Source: Macrostomum lignano
Lineage: Eukaryota
Reading direction: 5' to 3'
DNA length: 55,594 nt
NCBI GenBank assembly: GCA_002269645.1
Contig: NIVC01003092.1
Coordinates: forward strand, 1 to 55,594
Shown: in pieces, positions 1 through 12,052 of the stretch
How positions within the stretch are numbered: position 1 is the first letter of the stretch
How the letters are laid out: each line of letters opens with the position of its first letter
Program-made: the position numbers and the translations under genes
The notes under the pieces: generated by a model
Told to the model about the DNA's origin: nothing
The model's database searches: none
The model's input: only the letters and a program-made list of their open reading frames with translations

Positions 1-310
1 GCTACCTGTTAATGTGCACTAGAGCTACCTGTTAATGTGCACTAGAGCTACCTGTTAATGGACACTAGAGCTACCTGTTAATGTGCACTAGAGCTACCTG
101 TTAATGGACACTAGTGCTACCTGTTAATACACTAGAGCTACCTGTTAATGTGCACTAGAGCTGCCTGTTAATGGACACTAGAGCTACCTGTTAATGTGCA
201 CTAGAGCTACCTGTTAATGGACACTAGAGCTACCTGTTAATGCACTAGAGCTACCTGTTAATGGACACTAGAGCTGCCTGTTAAATGGACATATCTGCTA
301 CCTGTTATAG
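1..310. repeat. 23-bp minisatellite (gctacctgttaatgtgcactaga / gctacctgttaatggacactaga), runs off the window start
   Basis: About 13 head-to-tail copies read directly; two unit variants alternate, a few are shortened. Confidence 0.95.
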
Positions 311-479
311 TGGACAATATAATAAAGCTGTATATACACTGTGTAAGGAAAAGTATTGCTAGCTAGAATAATTAATTTGTTAATGTACAATTCTACCTGA
401 AAATCAAGAGCTTTTACAACTTTAACTTTTGCACCGATCGTGATTTAATAACGTTGAGTTGATCAAGTCAATTAAAACA

Positions 480-2330
480 AATTATTGCCCACCCAAACAG
501 AGCTGAAACCGACAGTTCGAGCCACCGAAGATGATGACATAGTGAGATGGCATTCATGCTAGCCTTCTTGATTGAACCGTTCGACTGCTTGATCGCCTGA
601 AACACACACCAAGTCAAGCACTGCGCTCACTGCCGAAGTCACATTGAGCAGCTCTTGAATTTTTCTGTCCTTTTTCTGTCAACAAGCAAATATGAAGCAA
701 AGCGATTGCATTCCATTATTTTTCACAAAAATGTCACTGAAAAAGTCATCAATTTGAGCATACCTGAACGTCAAGCCTAGCTGTTCAATTCTTTGCATGC
801 AGCAAATATGCCTCCGCTTCTTGGAATCCGCTGTCAAGTGGACATCCTCTTGAAGATAATTAAATATACTTTAGTAATTTTTATATTTGAAAGTGACGTA
901 GTTTCAGAACGACTTGATTAAAATACACTCACTATGACACGTCATCGGTAGGTGCTTCAAGTCGCCAGATACCGCTGAAATTATCGACTTGAATATTAAA
1001 TGCAAACCTTCTCGCCATTGGTCAATATTACGTTTTCGGGGATTTAGGGCACTGCTGCAAGTAAAGGCATAGTCAGTCATGTACAAACTCTGTGTCTTGA
1101 CAGGATGACCTTCATAGGTTTGAATCGCACAGCCAGCCCTGTCAAGTGTCTTTGCACAGTAGCGAGAGTCGGATGCGGCTTCCGTTAAGATAAAAAAAGT
1201 GTTCTGCCCCTGTCAGACATCTTACCAGTTAGTAGATTCCGTTGAGGCTTGAACTCAGCTAGACGATCTTCAACAGCCATCCAGACAGTTTGCAGCTTGT
1301 TCACAGATTTGCGAGCAGCAGACTCAGCTGGGGCTCCAGCTGGCAAAGTCGGCGGGCTTCCCGACAGGCTGCTCTGAGCTCCGGCAGATGATGGAAAAGC
1401 AAGCGCTCAGCTTCCTGCAGAGAGGATTGGAAGGTGCGAAATCTCTGGGAGAATGGAAGTACAGTCTGAGGATCTGGGAGCCTGCTGGCCCAACAACTGA
1501 GGATCTCGGAGGCTGCTGGTTTAGCGATTGAGGATCTGGGAGGCTGGCCCAGCAACTGACACTCTGGGAGGCTGGTGACCCAACAACTGAGGATCTGGGA
1601 GGCTGCTGGCTTAGCAACTGAGGATCTGGGAGGCTGCTGGCTTAGCAACTGAGGATCTGGGAGGCTGACCCAGCGATTGAGGATCTGGGAGGCTGCTGGC
1701 TTAGCAACTGAGGATCTGGGAGGCTGCTGGCTTAGCAACTGAGGATCTGGGAGGCTGACCAGCGATTGAGGATCTGGGAGGCTGCTGGCTTAGCAACTGA
1801 GGATCTGGGAGGCTGCTGGCTTAGCAACTGAGGATCTGGGAGGCTGCTGGCTTAGCAACTGAGGATCTGGGAGGCTGACCCAGCGATTGAGGATCTGGGA
1901 GGCTGCTGGCTTAGCAACTGAGGATCTGGGAGGCTGACCCAGCGATTGAGGATCTGAGCAACTGAGGATCTGGGAGGCTGCTGGCTTAGCAACTGAGGAT
2001 CTGGGAGGCTGCTGGTTTAACAACTTGAGGATCTGAGAGGCTGACCCAGCGATTGAGGATATGGGAGGGTTGAACTAAGGGTCGCGGCTAAAAAATAGGT
2101 TTAACAGTTAAACTTGAAAACGCCAGTGACAAACCAGATAGTTAGTAAACTTTATCGAAGTAAAAACAGTCGATCGCTCCATCAGTTGATGCAACTCGTT
2201 GAGCCAATCATTGACTCGCCGGCACTGGGCATTGAAGGCATTCAGATCGGATCTGTGCGCCCTTAGAATGCTGAATGAAGTAGCCCTCATCATATGAATA
2301 ACTTTCTATGCCAGTGTCTCAGGTATCGGA
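480..2330 (-). CDS. Possible multi-exon gene of unknown product (fragmentary model)
   Basis: Several short open segments bounded by GT/AG signals on the minus strand. Examples: ...SVNKLQTVWMAVEDRLAEFKPQRNLLT ending at a GTAAG donor near 1226; AASDSRYCAKTLDRAGCAIQTYEGHPVKTQSLYMTDYAFTCSSALNPRK; KKDRKIQELLNVTSA|AIKQSNGSIKKASMNAISLCHHLRWLEL. Not all splice phases reconcile and no domain was recognised. Confidence 0.3.
1466..2070. repeat. Minisatellite with interleaved 31-bp (gaggatctgggaggctgctggcttagcaact) and 28-bp (gaggatctgggaggctgacccagcgatt) units
   Basis: Units read directly; all share the gaggatctgggaggctg core. Confidence 0.95.
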
Positions 2331-4194
2331 TCAACCTGGTGAAGAGTGTCACTACATTGTTAGTTTCCAACGCATTTTATAATAAGAACTATTTATAAAA
2401 ATTCGTATTATTCTTACCTTTCCAGAGAAGCCTATGTTGTATGATTTTAGACAAGCGTGATCTTATTTTTCTGACACATTCAAACACGCATTTATCAAAC
2501 TTTTGTTTCAATATGGAACTGCTGGAGTGGGCTGTCTTGAAAATTGAGAATTTTAATTCTAAATAGTAAATATTGAACTTGCAGCTGTCTATGTCTAATA
2601 GCATAACTAAAATTTATGTTATTAAGCAATTAGCTAGTCTAGTGTTATTTATATACTGCCATAACGAATTTTATAAAATATATAACACTCAAATTCAAAC
2701 ATTATTCACTTAATGTGATGCATGTGCTTCTAGATTCTGTAATCTTCTAGCCTTTACATATTTTCACTTCTGTATTCTGCATTCTACAAGTGAATTACTC
2801 GTACACATAGTGCTTGCTCAACAAGCTTAGCCAACCCACAAAGCAGTTAATCGTAAGAAATATTTCTCAGCTTTGGAAAAGCTACGCCCATGAAAAATGC
2901 TCGGCAAAGAATCGACGGATGAGCTATTTTTCCAAAAGTTGGACCAGAGACGGAAACAACTTTTCTGAGGTCAACTGCATTGGTGCCAGTGAGTTATAAC
3001 AAGAAAGCATACTTGCAAACTCACTGGCGAGCTTCCGGAGTCTACAAAGCCACAATCCCTTTTGTCAAACTGGTTTCCTCAAAATCAATACGGTCGCTTA
3101 CGAAAAAAAACTTGCAAGTGAGACGAAGTTGGAGACTTTACCGGAAGCCAAGGCAGACGCAAATGAAACTTTGACAAAGCATTTATAGAATCCATTGTTT
3201 GAAGACAAAATTCAGCCAGTCCAAGCAACTGTTGCTTCATCGATAGCCTCGTTTAACTGTAGTCGTTGATTAGCTCAGGTGACTTTTCGTTATGAACGTG
3301 TCTGCATTTCTCATACGAGTCAACGTTACCTGTCGTCAACGTATATTTTTAATAGAATCAGCCTACAGCTTGTCAAGATTAATACTGTCAAGACTAATTA
3401 GTTTTAAAATATGTATAGAAATATTTGTTAGCAAAACGTATACTCGTAATTTGCTCTTATTAGTTAGGCAATTGGGTACCATGCTATCCAGCCGACGCTT
3501 GCTAGGCAAAGGTTTGCTTGCTTTTACAGTCGAATAAATTTACGAATACAATTGTGAAACCTTATTACAGAATGCAGAGTACTTCTAATGCGCGTAGCTG
3601 ATTCTTAACTATTGTGATTCACTCTTGTGTACGCTCGTATGAGGTGTCCTCTCGTCTCATAGCTTAAAGTACAAAACAGGAGATTAACCATTTCGTAGCT
3701 GCAATTTAGAACACAAAAAGTTACCACGACTCAAGACGTCTGTAAAAAGTCAGTCGGCAATTGAAAGTTGGCAATTAAGTATCGGCTGATCACTATCTCA
3801 GTTCATTCGATGGCTTATTACACGAACTATAATTCGTGCCTCTATAATGCCTCTATAATGCGTACAATTGCAAGTTAATACAATGGGGCTATTCCCACAG
3901 ACAGAATGTGTCCTCGAAAACAAAATTAATACTAAAGATATCGTTTTGCGGTATGATACCCTTTAACTATTGAATAGCAACAGCGGGACTCCCACCTTAC
4001 CTTTACTTCGTCTTAATAGCCCGTTTACACTATCACCAATAGGACCATCAAACCACGTGATCCACAAACCAAACTGGCCAATAAAAAAGTTCGTCCGATA
4101 AAGCGCACACGCAAATGGCATCTTAAATAGAAAAATATCCGACAATTTGTTCTTGTATGGCCTTCACGAATTCTTGTCAACGGAAAAGTCTCAA

Positions 4195-4950
4195 ATGAAC
4201 TCAAAACGCTCACTGCAGCTGCTGCTCAGTGCAGCCCTCTTCTTGATGCCGATATCGACTCAAAGCCTGTTCCAGACTGTCAGAACTCGCAGTGCGGTGG
4301 CTCCGACAGTCACGGACTCTGCGCCAGGCAGCGTCAGCCTGGAGTGCGCATCGCTCTGCGCCCTGAGACCCGCCTGCTTCGGCTTCAGCCTGCTGCGGGG
4401 CCTCTGCCGCTTCTTCGATCTGTGGGCTTTTGAAAACGGCACTTGGCACAGCTCGGATGAGTGCGACCTGCACATCATGCTGACGGGTGAGTCCTCACTG
4501 TGAACCCGCCCGAGTTTTGGTTCGATAGAATAACTGAAAGGAACTGTGGGATATTGCAGACAAAGCCAAGCTGCAATTCATCAGCTGCCAGCAGAGCTCG
4601 GTTGAACACGGCTCAGTGTGCGGGAAGGCCATCGATGGAGTCAAAAATCAGGACGTAAAAAAGGATTCTGTAGCCACACTGGTAAAGGAAAAAGCGGCTG
4701 GTGGGAGGGCCAGCTGGCCAGACCTGCCTTCATCTCTCACGTCACCATCTACAACAGAGTTGACTGCTGCATGAACCGACTCAACAAGCTGTCACTGATT
4801 GCTGACGGTGTCGAGTGCAACCGGGTGGACCTGACGGTGCCGTTCTCTGTGGCCAGCTTCACCTGCAAGGCTTTCGGCAGCAAAGTGAGGATTGTTAACC
4901 TGCAAGACGTACCTTTGAATATGTGTGAAGTGGAGATCTACGGTCGCTGA
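4195..4950 (+). CDS. A1: secreted PAN/apple-like + F-type lectin (fucolectin) domain protein, with a 1-nt frameshift
   Basis: Exons 4195-4486 and 4560-4950 (GTGAGT donor, TTGCAG acceptor, phase 1). Signal peptide MNSKRSLQLLLSAALFLMPISTQS; PAN-type ECASLC...C...C; F-lectin motif H-x26-RVD-CCMN-R. Spliced length is 683 nt; the frame shifts in the A6 run at 4657-4662 relative to paralog A2. It is either a pseudogene or a sequencing error. Confidence 0.85.
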
Positions 4951-6984
4951 TTAATTGCTGAATTCTCTTGAAAGAAGACTTAATTCTGTGCTACAAGTGC
5001 AAAGTTAGAAGCATAGATGATGAGCGGTAAAGTAGCAGTTAACAGTCGTTATATTGAAATATTTCCCTATTGTTTTCAGACAACTATTTCTCACTATTTT
5101 AATTTCAGTTAAATGAAAAGGAAAAAAAACGCAAAAACATAAAACAAACGAAAACAATCATCTAATGTTCAAGACATATCTACTTTAATGTTTTTAATTT
5201 TTATTCATCTTGAAGTGGACTAAAAAACTAACGATATCTTTCTCTGTTTACCTGCACTGTTTCCTCATTTCTAAAGTTTTTGCTTTGTTTTCCACTGAAA
5301 CATTAGGACTCAACCGCTCGCATATAATAAATAGTTAAAAAACGTAGAGCCTAAAACTATGTTTAGAGTGGGTTTAGCTTTTTATGATGCATGTGCATTC
5401 AGGCAGACTAAGGAAGATAAAAAGTTTAATCTACGTTAATAAGCTCATTTGATTCGACTGATATCAAATGCAATAACAATAAAAATTTGATGCTGAAAGT
5501 TGTTGGATATCCGTCTGTTTCCAGTTACACTTGCTGGTAAACCCGCTCTTCCGTAAATAATCTCAAGTAAAAATCTCGTGGTAGGGAATAACCACGGGCT
5601 ATGGACAGGCTGACAAGATAAGCAAGAGCAGAAGCAAAAACGAAAACATTAAATTGAAGACAAATCGGCGCGAAAGGAGTATATTGGAGTGTAATACGGT
5701 GGCGAGAAAATAGCCCTTGAACTTATGAAATTATTTTGTTAAAATTAAGAAGTCTCTATACTTGTAAAGACTTCACTTAGTTTGCGTGGCAGAAAGATGC
5801 TTATGCGATAGCATGATAAAATCATTCATATATGTATTTGTCGAAATAGTATTTTAACCGATCAATAATTTGGGGACTGTAAAATAGACAAGTCACGTGC
5901 ATGTACGCACAAAAGAACAAGCGAAGGAGAGAGTTAAAGAGCACGATGGTAAAGTGTACGCAGCAACCCCCTCAGCACCCCACAATACACAAGCCAAGTC
6001 ACTATACTACAAATCTACAATACAACAGAGCCTCTCAAGCTCTTCCCTTGCCTGCCGAATCGGCTTCCTTGCGGAATCGGGTATTAGCTGACACCATATG
6101 ACGCGTCTATCCAGGAAGGCAGATGTACTCCGGCGTAAGGCTTTCTGTTCACCGGGTCTTAATTTGTCCGGGGGACATCGCAAAGCAAAATTATTGTCGC
6201 TTTGCGATAACCTACCCTGGATAATCCAAGGCGCAACAAAATCGGGCTTTGAAATGTCATGGGTCTTGAATTGTCCGGTGAATAAAAATTGGGGTGGCAA
6301 GTTAGTCAAATTATTTACAAGACCAGGCGCTTGTGAATGCGTGGGGCAGAAGCCGAAGGAACATCATTAAGCGAGAATAGGACTGACTCAGAGTGCTTGG
6401 GAGGGGCAGATAAGATGCCCGTGCAAGCGTACATCTACCCGTGCAAGCGTACATGCCATGAATATCAGTGTACGAGCTAATAGGCCGCAAAGGAATGTTC
6501 GCTAAAATTATAATACAACTATTCTTTTCAGATAGTTGGAATAAATTTCTTGCCTAAGTCCTACGTTTTGGAAAAATAATTCACTCGGTGGCCAAAGCAA
6601 CGCTAAAACAAGTGTTTTTTTACGTTTTTAGCGACGAGCATGTTGAGCTGCCAGAACATTACAGTACAAGAGAGAGACAAATGTCTCGGCAAAATTAGCT
6701 CGTACTTATCAGCTGGCTGGTTTCCCAAACTGTGAAAACGGAAAGCATCTAAGCGGATGGCCAATTTTTGATTTATCGAATTAGATTGGTGAATGGAGTA
6801 ACAAACTGGTTTTTGGTTGACAATAGTAGCTTTAATTTTAGTTCCTTTTGGAGAGTGAAACGCGAAATGGTTTTTGAAATATGCACCGTTAAATAAGCAT
6901 GACGCAGATGTTTGCCATGGAAAAAGTAGCAAAAAGTGATTTTCTACTTTGCGAAAAGTCTTCTCGAAAGTTTCTATTTCTATA

Positions 6985-7300
6985 GCCCCGGATATCAGTA
7001 TCTGGATGTCCTAAAGCAAACCTGAAGGCTGACCCCTCTCTTTCAACCTACAATCGGATGTCCTAAGACAACTTCCCCTTCTTGTGATCTCCGGGCCGGA
7101 TAGCAGAGTCGGTGCCGTAGGATGTCCGGGAGAGACATCTCAAAGTGCCCGGACAATGCAAATCAGCTCAAGATATCCGGGAAGGAGAAAACAAAGCAGG
7201 TTTTTTTGCTTGGCAGTATCCGGGCGGATATTGTAAGTGCGTTCGGATATCCGGGCCAGACAAAAAAACTCCGGATAGTCTAAAGTGTAACACCGGCGTT
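6985..7300. repeat. Degenerate element rich in ccggat/atccgg motifs in both orientations (possible MITE relic)
   Basis: ccccggatatc near the left end and gatatccggg near the right end, with repeated internal motifs; no clear TSD. Confidence 0.3.
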
Positions 7301-7321
7301 GCCCCCGTTTTCTCGCGAAAT

Positions 7322-7408
7322 CACGAACAGTGACCGCTCGAACCTACGCAGAACCGCTTTCGAGTATCCGAGGGCGACCACTGTGTCCCGCTGCACCGCT
7401 GCTTCCAC
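7322..7408 (-). mobile_element. tRNA-derived SINE head relic
   Basis: Minus strand reads ggaagcagcggtgcagcggg...gtaggttcgagcgg, giving A-box-like and B-box-like motifs at tRNA spacing. Confidence 0.4.
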
Positions 7409-7844
7409 GAGCATTACGATCTGCTCAAGAAAGTCTTGAGACTAATCAAGACGGGTGACAGAGGACGCAGAACAGGCGATAAAAATAATACAAAATGCAA
7501 AATTGTTGACCAAAAACTCTACAAAGCTGATTATCTGATCTCTTATCAGCGTATTTCAATCAATACGAATTCAGACTAATCCGTTTGAAGGCGGAATCCC
7601 CTGCTAATTTTTCGGCTGTTACCAAAACTAAAAATCGTCTTTAAAAGTGAAGGCATCCAATATTTGGATTGGATTGGGGAGATGCCAGGGTTCGCAGGGC
7701 AACTGCTGAAATTCCAATTACCATCAATCGATGGGGGACTAAGACTAAATATATAGATTTATATAATTTTTATATATTTAGTTATAGAAGCATATAGAAG
7801 CAGCGATGTCTTTACTCCTAGAAAGTTCTAAAATAAGAGAACAC

Positions 7845-8030
7845 ATGCAGAGCAGTACTCCCAGACTCATCAACTGATAAAACGCACGAGAGCCATGAAG
7901 CCTACACTCTAGGATTGGCTACGATCCCGATTTTCACAGACTTTCTTTCCGTGTATTTGTCTCAGTCTCAATAAAATTGCCACCTGACAGCAGCTCATAA
8001 AACAGGTTGCAAACGCACTACTGAAGCCTT
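7845..8030 (+). promoter_or_regulatory. Conserved upstream block of B1 with a CCAAT box (ATTGG at 7914-7918)
   Basis: Diverged homolog of the blocks upstream of B2, B3, B5 and relic B6, about 190 bp before the ATG. Confidence 0.45.
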
Positions 8031-8105
8031 TTTAAGTGTATCGTCACTCAATTAAAACCAGAAAAAAGCTGAAAGCTAAAATAATCTTCGTATCGCTGCA
8101 AAAGA

Positions 8106-9593
8106 ATGGCAAAACAACTTTTATCGATAAAGTTTGCTTATGTATTCGGTAAGTGACTGAACTATAGCCGCCACTATGATTTTAATACCAATTAGTTTTA
8201 CGCTTTAGGTTGCACTCTGTTCTTCAATGACAACAAAGTAAATTATCCCAACGCAGTTTGCTGCTCTCTCGTGCTTCGAGTACAAGGCACCAGTTTGCGG
8301 ACCTATTCTGTGTGCTCAGAGCAGCAGCTTCACATGCTGGAAGCCGTTCTGAACGCCTACAACAACGTCACGACAACAACCAAGGCCACTGATGCAACCG
8401 ACTGTCTAGCGAAGTGCCAGAGGGTGAGCTGCAGCGCTGCCGTCTCGGTGGAGAGCAATGCCACGTGCGAGATGGTCACCATAACAACCGCCAAGCTGTC
8501 AATCTCAGCAAATCAGGTGCAGCAAGTCATCGGATCTCAGGTCGGTGCGAAGGTGTGGAAGGCGGACGACAGCGACTGGCCTTCGCCTGCAGTGCAGCTT
8601 TGGAGTGAGTCATCAATGCATAGTCTTAGTCGTAAGTTGTTACCAAGATTTCGGCAGACAGAAATTGCACTCACTCCAGTTCTGCACGACGCTGCTCCGT
8701 TGCAGACAGCAGCACAGGTAGAAACGGCTCAATCCAAAGCGTCCTCATCAACACGACCGGCTGCTACCTGATCAAAGCTGCCGGCGCCAGAGGTGGCCAC
8801 AACTTACTGACGAACACACCCGGAGGCCAGGGAGCCCAGGTGAGCGCCAGAGTCAACCTGACAGCCGGCACCCAGCTGAGCATCGTTGTGGGCCAGATGG
8901 GCGGCTCGACCTCTCGAAATAGCGAAGGAGGCGGCGGAGGCGGCGGCAGCTTCGTGTACCGGACGGGTGACCAGCTGCTGCTGCTGGCTGCCGGCGGAGG
9001 CGGCGGAGCTTCTTGCTTAGAAAATGGTGAGCCCAGTAGCTGTAGTGTAAATTATAAAAAAAATCCACTTGAATCAACAATTTGATTTTACCGTAGGTAA
9101 ACCAGGAGAGACTGGGATAAACGGTTCTGACAGCCTGGGTAACGTCGCTAAATACACGGGATTCGGTGGCAGCAACGGTCAGCCGGGCTACAACAGCCCC
9201 GCTGACACCAGAAGCGATAGAACCCATGGAGGCTGCGGCGCCGGCTGGCTCGGCAGGGCCGTCAAGCGCAGGCGGAGCTCCTCGGACGGAGAGAGAGGCG
9301 GCAGTCTGGCCGACGGCTGGGTCGGCGGCAGCGCCGGAGACGGCAGCGTCTGCGACGGCGGCTTCGGTGGAGGCGGCGGAGGCGGCAGCAGGACCAGCTC
9401 ACTGAAAGGCGCCCCTGGAGCCGGCGGCGGCTTCAGCGGCGGCGGAGCCGGACTGAGCTACGGTCACGTCGGCGGCGGCGGCGGCTCCTTCTGCAGGGGC
9501 GGCTGCGTGTTCTGTGGCACCTCTACCGGGCACCAGGGCTTCGTCTCCGTCCTGCTGGAGTCGACCTCGGCCGCTTGCGATTCGGGCACCTGA
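8106..9593 (+). CDS. B1: secreted PAN/apple-like + ALK/LTK-type glycine-rich domain protein, 402 aa
   Basis: Exons 8106-8148, 8257-8604, 8706-9026, 9097-9593; all introns GT-AG phase 1; 1209 nt, open frame. Signal peptide MAKQLLSIKFAYVFVCCSLVLRVQG. PAN DCLAKCQRVSC...C. Gly-rich domain motifs GCYLIKAAGARGG, LSIVVGQMG, GGGGGGSF, LLAAGGGGG, GGSLADGWVGG, DGGFGGGGGG, GAGGGFSGG. Several N-x-S/T sequons; no TM segment before the stop. Confidence 0.9.
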
Positions 9594-10084
9594 TGCCATT
9601 GCAGCCGCTTGTTGACGTAGGGACTTACCAGTCTCTACTTGACGCTACTCTTCTGGGACATAAGAGTAAGGTTTAAAAAAGTAGACACAAGGAATCAGAT
9701 TAGCTTTCTCCACATATATTTGATTGAGTTCAGAAGAAAAGGGTCAACCTATTTTCTCAAAACTTTAATAGCTGAATTCGTTGAATACTGAGTTCAATTA
9801 CAATTCAATTATCATCAACTATAATACTAGTGCTGAAAACATTGTAAGTAGGGCAGGACATCAGAGTTGAGAAACTCTAATTATAACTACTTACCTGGTA
9901 CCTTATGTATAACTGCCGCCATACAACGTGGCCTATCTAGGAAATATAAGCTGCATGCTTTCAACTGACTTTCTTCACACTTATAAGTCAACTTTTCTAA
10001 AATAAATTTTTGCTGTTTTCTTCCTGAAATAACCCCGACCGAGATAATCTATTTTTACCTGATACTCGAATCTTTCACTGTTAC

Positions 10085-10345
10085 TGACTTTGCACTCAGA
10101 CAACTCGAACAGTTTTCAATTCCTAATTATTAATAAATACTCAATGCACTCGTCTGTCCGAAGCCACTCGTCGTTTTTTCCTGCCAGAGAATTTCTGGAG
10201 GTTTTTTTAGACGAGCGGAACAGATTTGTGAGCTCAGCTGTCTTTCAGCGTCTGCTTTCGGTGCATGCCAAGGCCGCTCGACTGCAGCTCCCTGCAGTTG
10301 CCTTCCTGCACGCATCCGCACCCTTCCGTACCATGCTTGCTCGCT
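10085..10345 (+). other. Conserved non-coding (or cryptic exon) element downstream of B1
   Basis: High-identity copies lie 3' of each intact B gene: 13300-13560, 20640-20845 and 34100-34375 (all minus). Confidence 0.75.
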
Positions 10346-10671
10346 CATGGGCTACGATGGGGAATTGAAAATCTTTTAAAAACTTGTTAAGTAGGCCGAG
10401 AAAATTTTAAACTGTAGCTTTCCCTAGCAGTTGAACATTTTGCCATGAAAACAAATCCTCGGGTTTACATGATGTACTTTCTGGCTCAGAAATTTGTGGT
10501 AATGATTTCGTTTTAACTTCTGTAGTCAGTGTTTAAGCTGACAAAGACTGCTAATTCAATACACCCTAATTAAATACTCGAAGCAATCTGCTTTGGTTTT
10601 TATTCTCGGAGCAACAATAGGTAAAAAATTACTTAAGCGGTCAATATATGCTTTTGGGAGATGCGGCAAGT

Positions 10672-11228
10672 TGGTAGAGATGCAGGGAGGCAGAGATGCA
10701 GGGCGGAGGCAGAGATGCAGGGTGGTGGCAGAGATGCAGGGAGGTGATAGAGACGCAGGGCGGAGGCAGAGATGCAGGGCGGTGGCAGAGATGCAAGGAG
10801 GTGGCAGAGATGCAGGAAGGTAGCAGAGATGCAGGGAGGTGGCAGAGATGCAGGAAGGTGGCAGAGATGCAGGAAGGTGGCAGAGATGCATGGAGGTGGC
10901 AGAGATGCAGGGAGGTGAGAGAGATGCAGGAAGGTGGCAGAGATGCATGGAGGTGGCAGAGATGCAGGGAGGTGATAGAGACGCAGGGCGGAGGCAGAGA
11001 TGCAGGGAGGTGATAGAGACGCAGGGCGGAGGCAGAGATGCAGGGAGGTGAGAGAGATGCAGGGCGGTGACAGAGATGCAGGGCGGTGACAGAGATGCAT
11101 GGAGGTGAGAAAGAGGCAGGGAGGTGAGAAAGAGGCAGGGAGGTGGCGGAGATGCAGGGAGGTGAGAGAGATGCAGGGCGGTGGCAGAGATGCAGGGAGG
11201 TGGCAGAGATGCAGGGATCGGTGACAGA
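10672..11228. repeat. 19-bp minisatellite (gcagagatgcagggaggtg and variants)
   Basis: About 29 imperfect copies read directly. Confidence 0.95.
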
Positions 11229-11289
11229 TGCTGGCTGCTTTCCTGCAGGCGCTTGTCTGAAACCGGCAATATTTGAGAGACCTCACGTG

Positions 11290-11410
11290 TGTTCAGGAAA
11301 CTGCAGGTCGGCATCGGTCAACTCTGAGCACAGGGGATGAGTCAACATCAGTTAGAATCTTCGAGCGCATAGGACTGATGCAGTCTGCAGCTTCAACAGG
11401 TACTTTGGTA
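11290..11410 (+). repeat. Innermost left arm of the B1/B2 inverted duplication
   Basis: Reverse complement of 12355-12478 (acctgttgaagctgcagactgcatcagtcctatg... versus acctgttaaagctgcagtctgcatcagtcctatg...). Confidence 0.85.
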
Positions 11411-11654
11411 ACTTAGAGCTCATGCTTTTTTACCACGGCTCCTATAAGTGAGTCATCATCCACTCAAATAATCTAATATATTGTCAAAGTCATCATTGTT
11501 ATTTTACCTGGGATATTTTCACTCGTGAAATCCTAAATCAATGACTCATATCAGTTACGTTAATACTCGCAGCAGGAAACAGTGCTACGATTTCAGGCCC
11601 ATTTTTTCTGAGCGTAATAATAATTAATAGTGATAATTGATTACACCTGCCCTA

Positions 11655-11812
11655 ATTGGCCAGCTGTGCAACCGACAGCTCAGCCGCAGCTATTGCGCGG
11701 CGCGGGGGTCGCTACGCACCCTCAATTACCCCACCTAATGCTGGGACCCATTTTACAGCTGGGTGAAGTGAAGCAATGCAGAGTTAAGTGTCTTGCTCAA
11801 GGGCACAAATGA
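11655..11812 (-). mobile_element. SINE body fragment, CORE-like
   Basis: caccctcaattacccc...ccattttacagctgggtgaa...gcagagttaagtgtcttg is shared with 38950-39035 and resembles the reverse MIR/CORE motif gttaagtgacttgcccaagg. The left part matches 44478-44570 and 33335-33375. Confidence 0.55.
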
Positions 11813-12004
11813 TGTTCATGGAGTTGGAGTTACCTACCGAATAGAAGTGTTGGTAAATGTGATAATCAAAGAAAGCTCCATTCCGCCATTGAAAGGAGTT
11901 CCAGTTTCCTAAATCTGAAAACTTAAAACTGTCCAGTCACCTTCAAGCTAATCAGCAATATTTTTCATCCAGCCTTCAATTTTGTGTGTCGATGTTGTGG
12001 AAGA

Positions 12005-12052
12005 GTCAATGTTGTCAATGTCAATGTCAATGTCAATGTTGTCAATGTTGTG
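12005..12052. repeat. (gtcaat)n / gttgtcaat microsatellite
   Basis: Read directly. Confidence 0.85.

Noticed and set aside
1301-2023. ORFs of 77-145 aa with QQPPRSSVAKPAASQ repeats
   Set aside because: They are translations of a 31/28-bp minisatellite; non-triplet units shift frame continually.
8106-9593. Calling B genes true ALK/LTK receptor orthologs
   Set aside because: No MAM, LDLa, EGF, TM or kinase exons were seen, and the frame stops right after the Gly-rich domain, so no gene symbol is given.
10556-11340. Long Cys/Pro-rich and Gln/Gly-rich ORFs on both strands
   Set aside because: Product of a 19-bp minisatellite lacking stop codons; the period is not a multiple of three.
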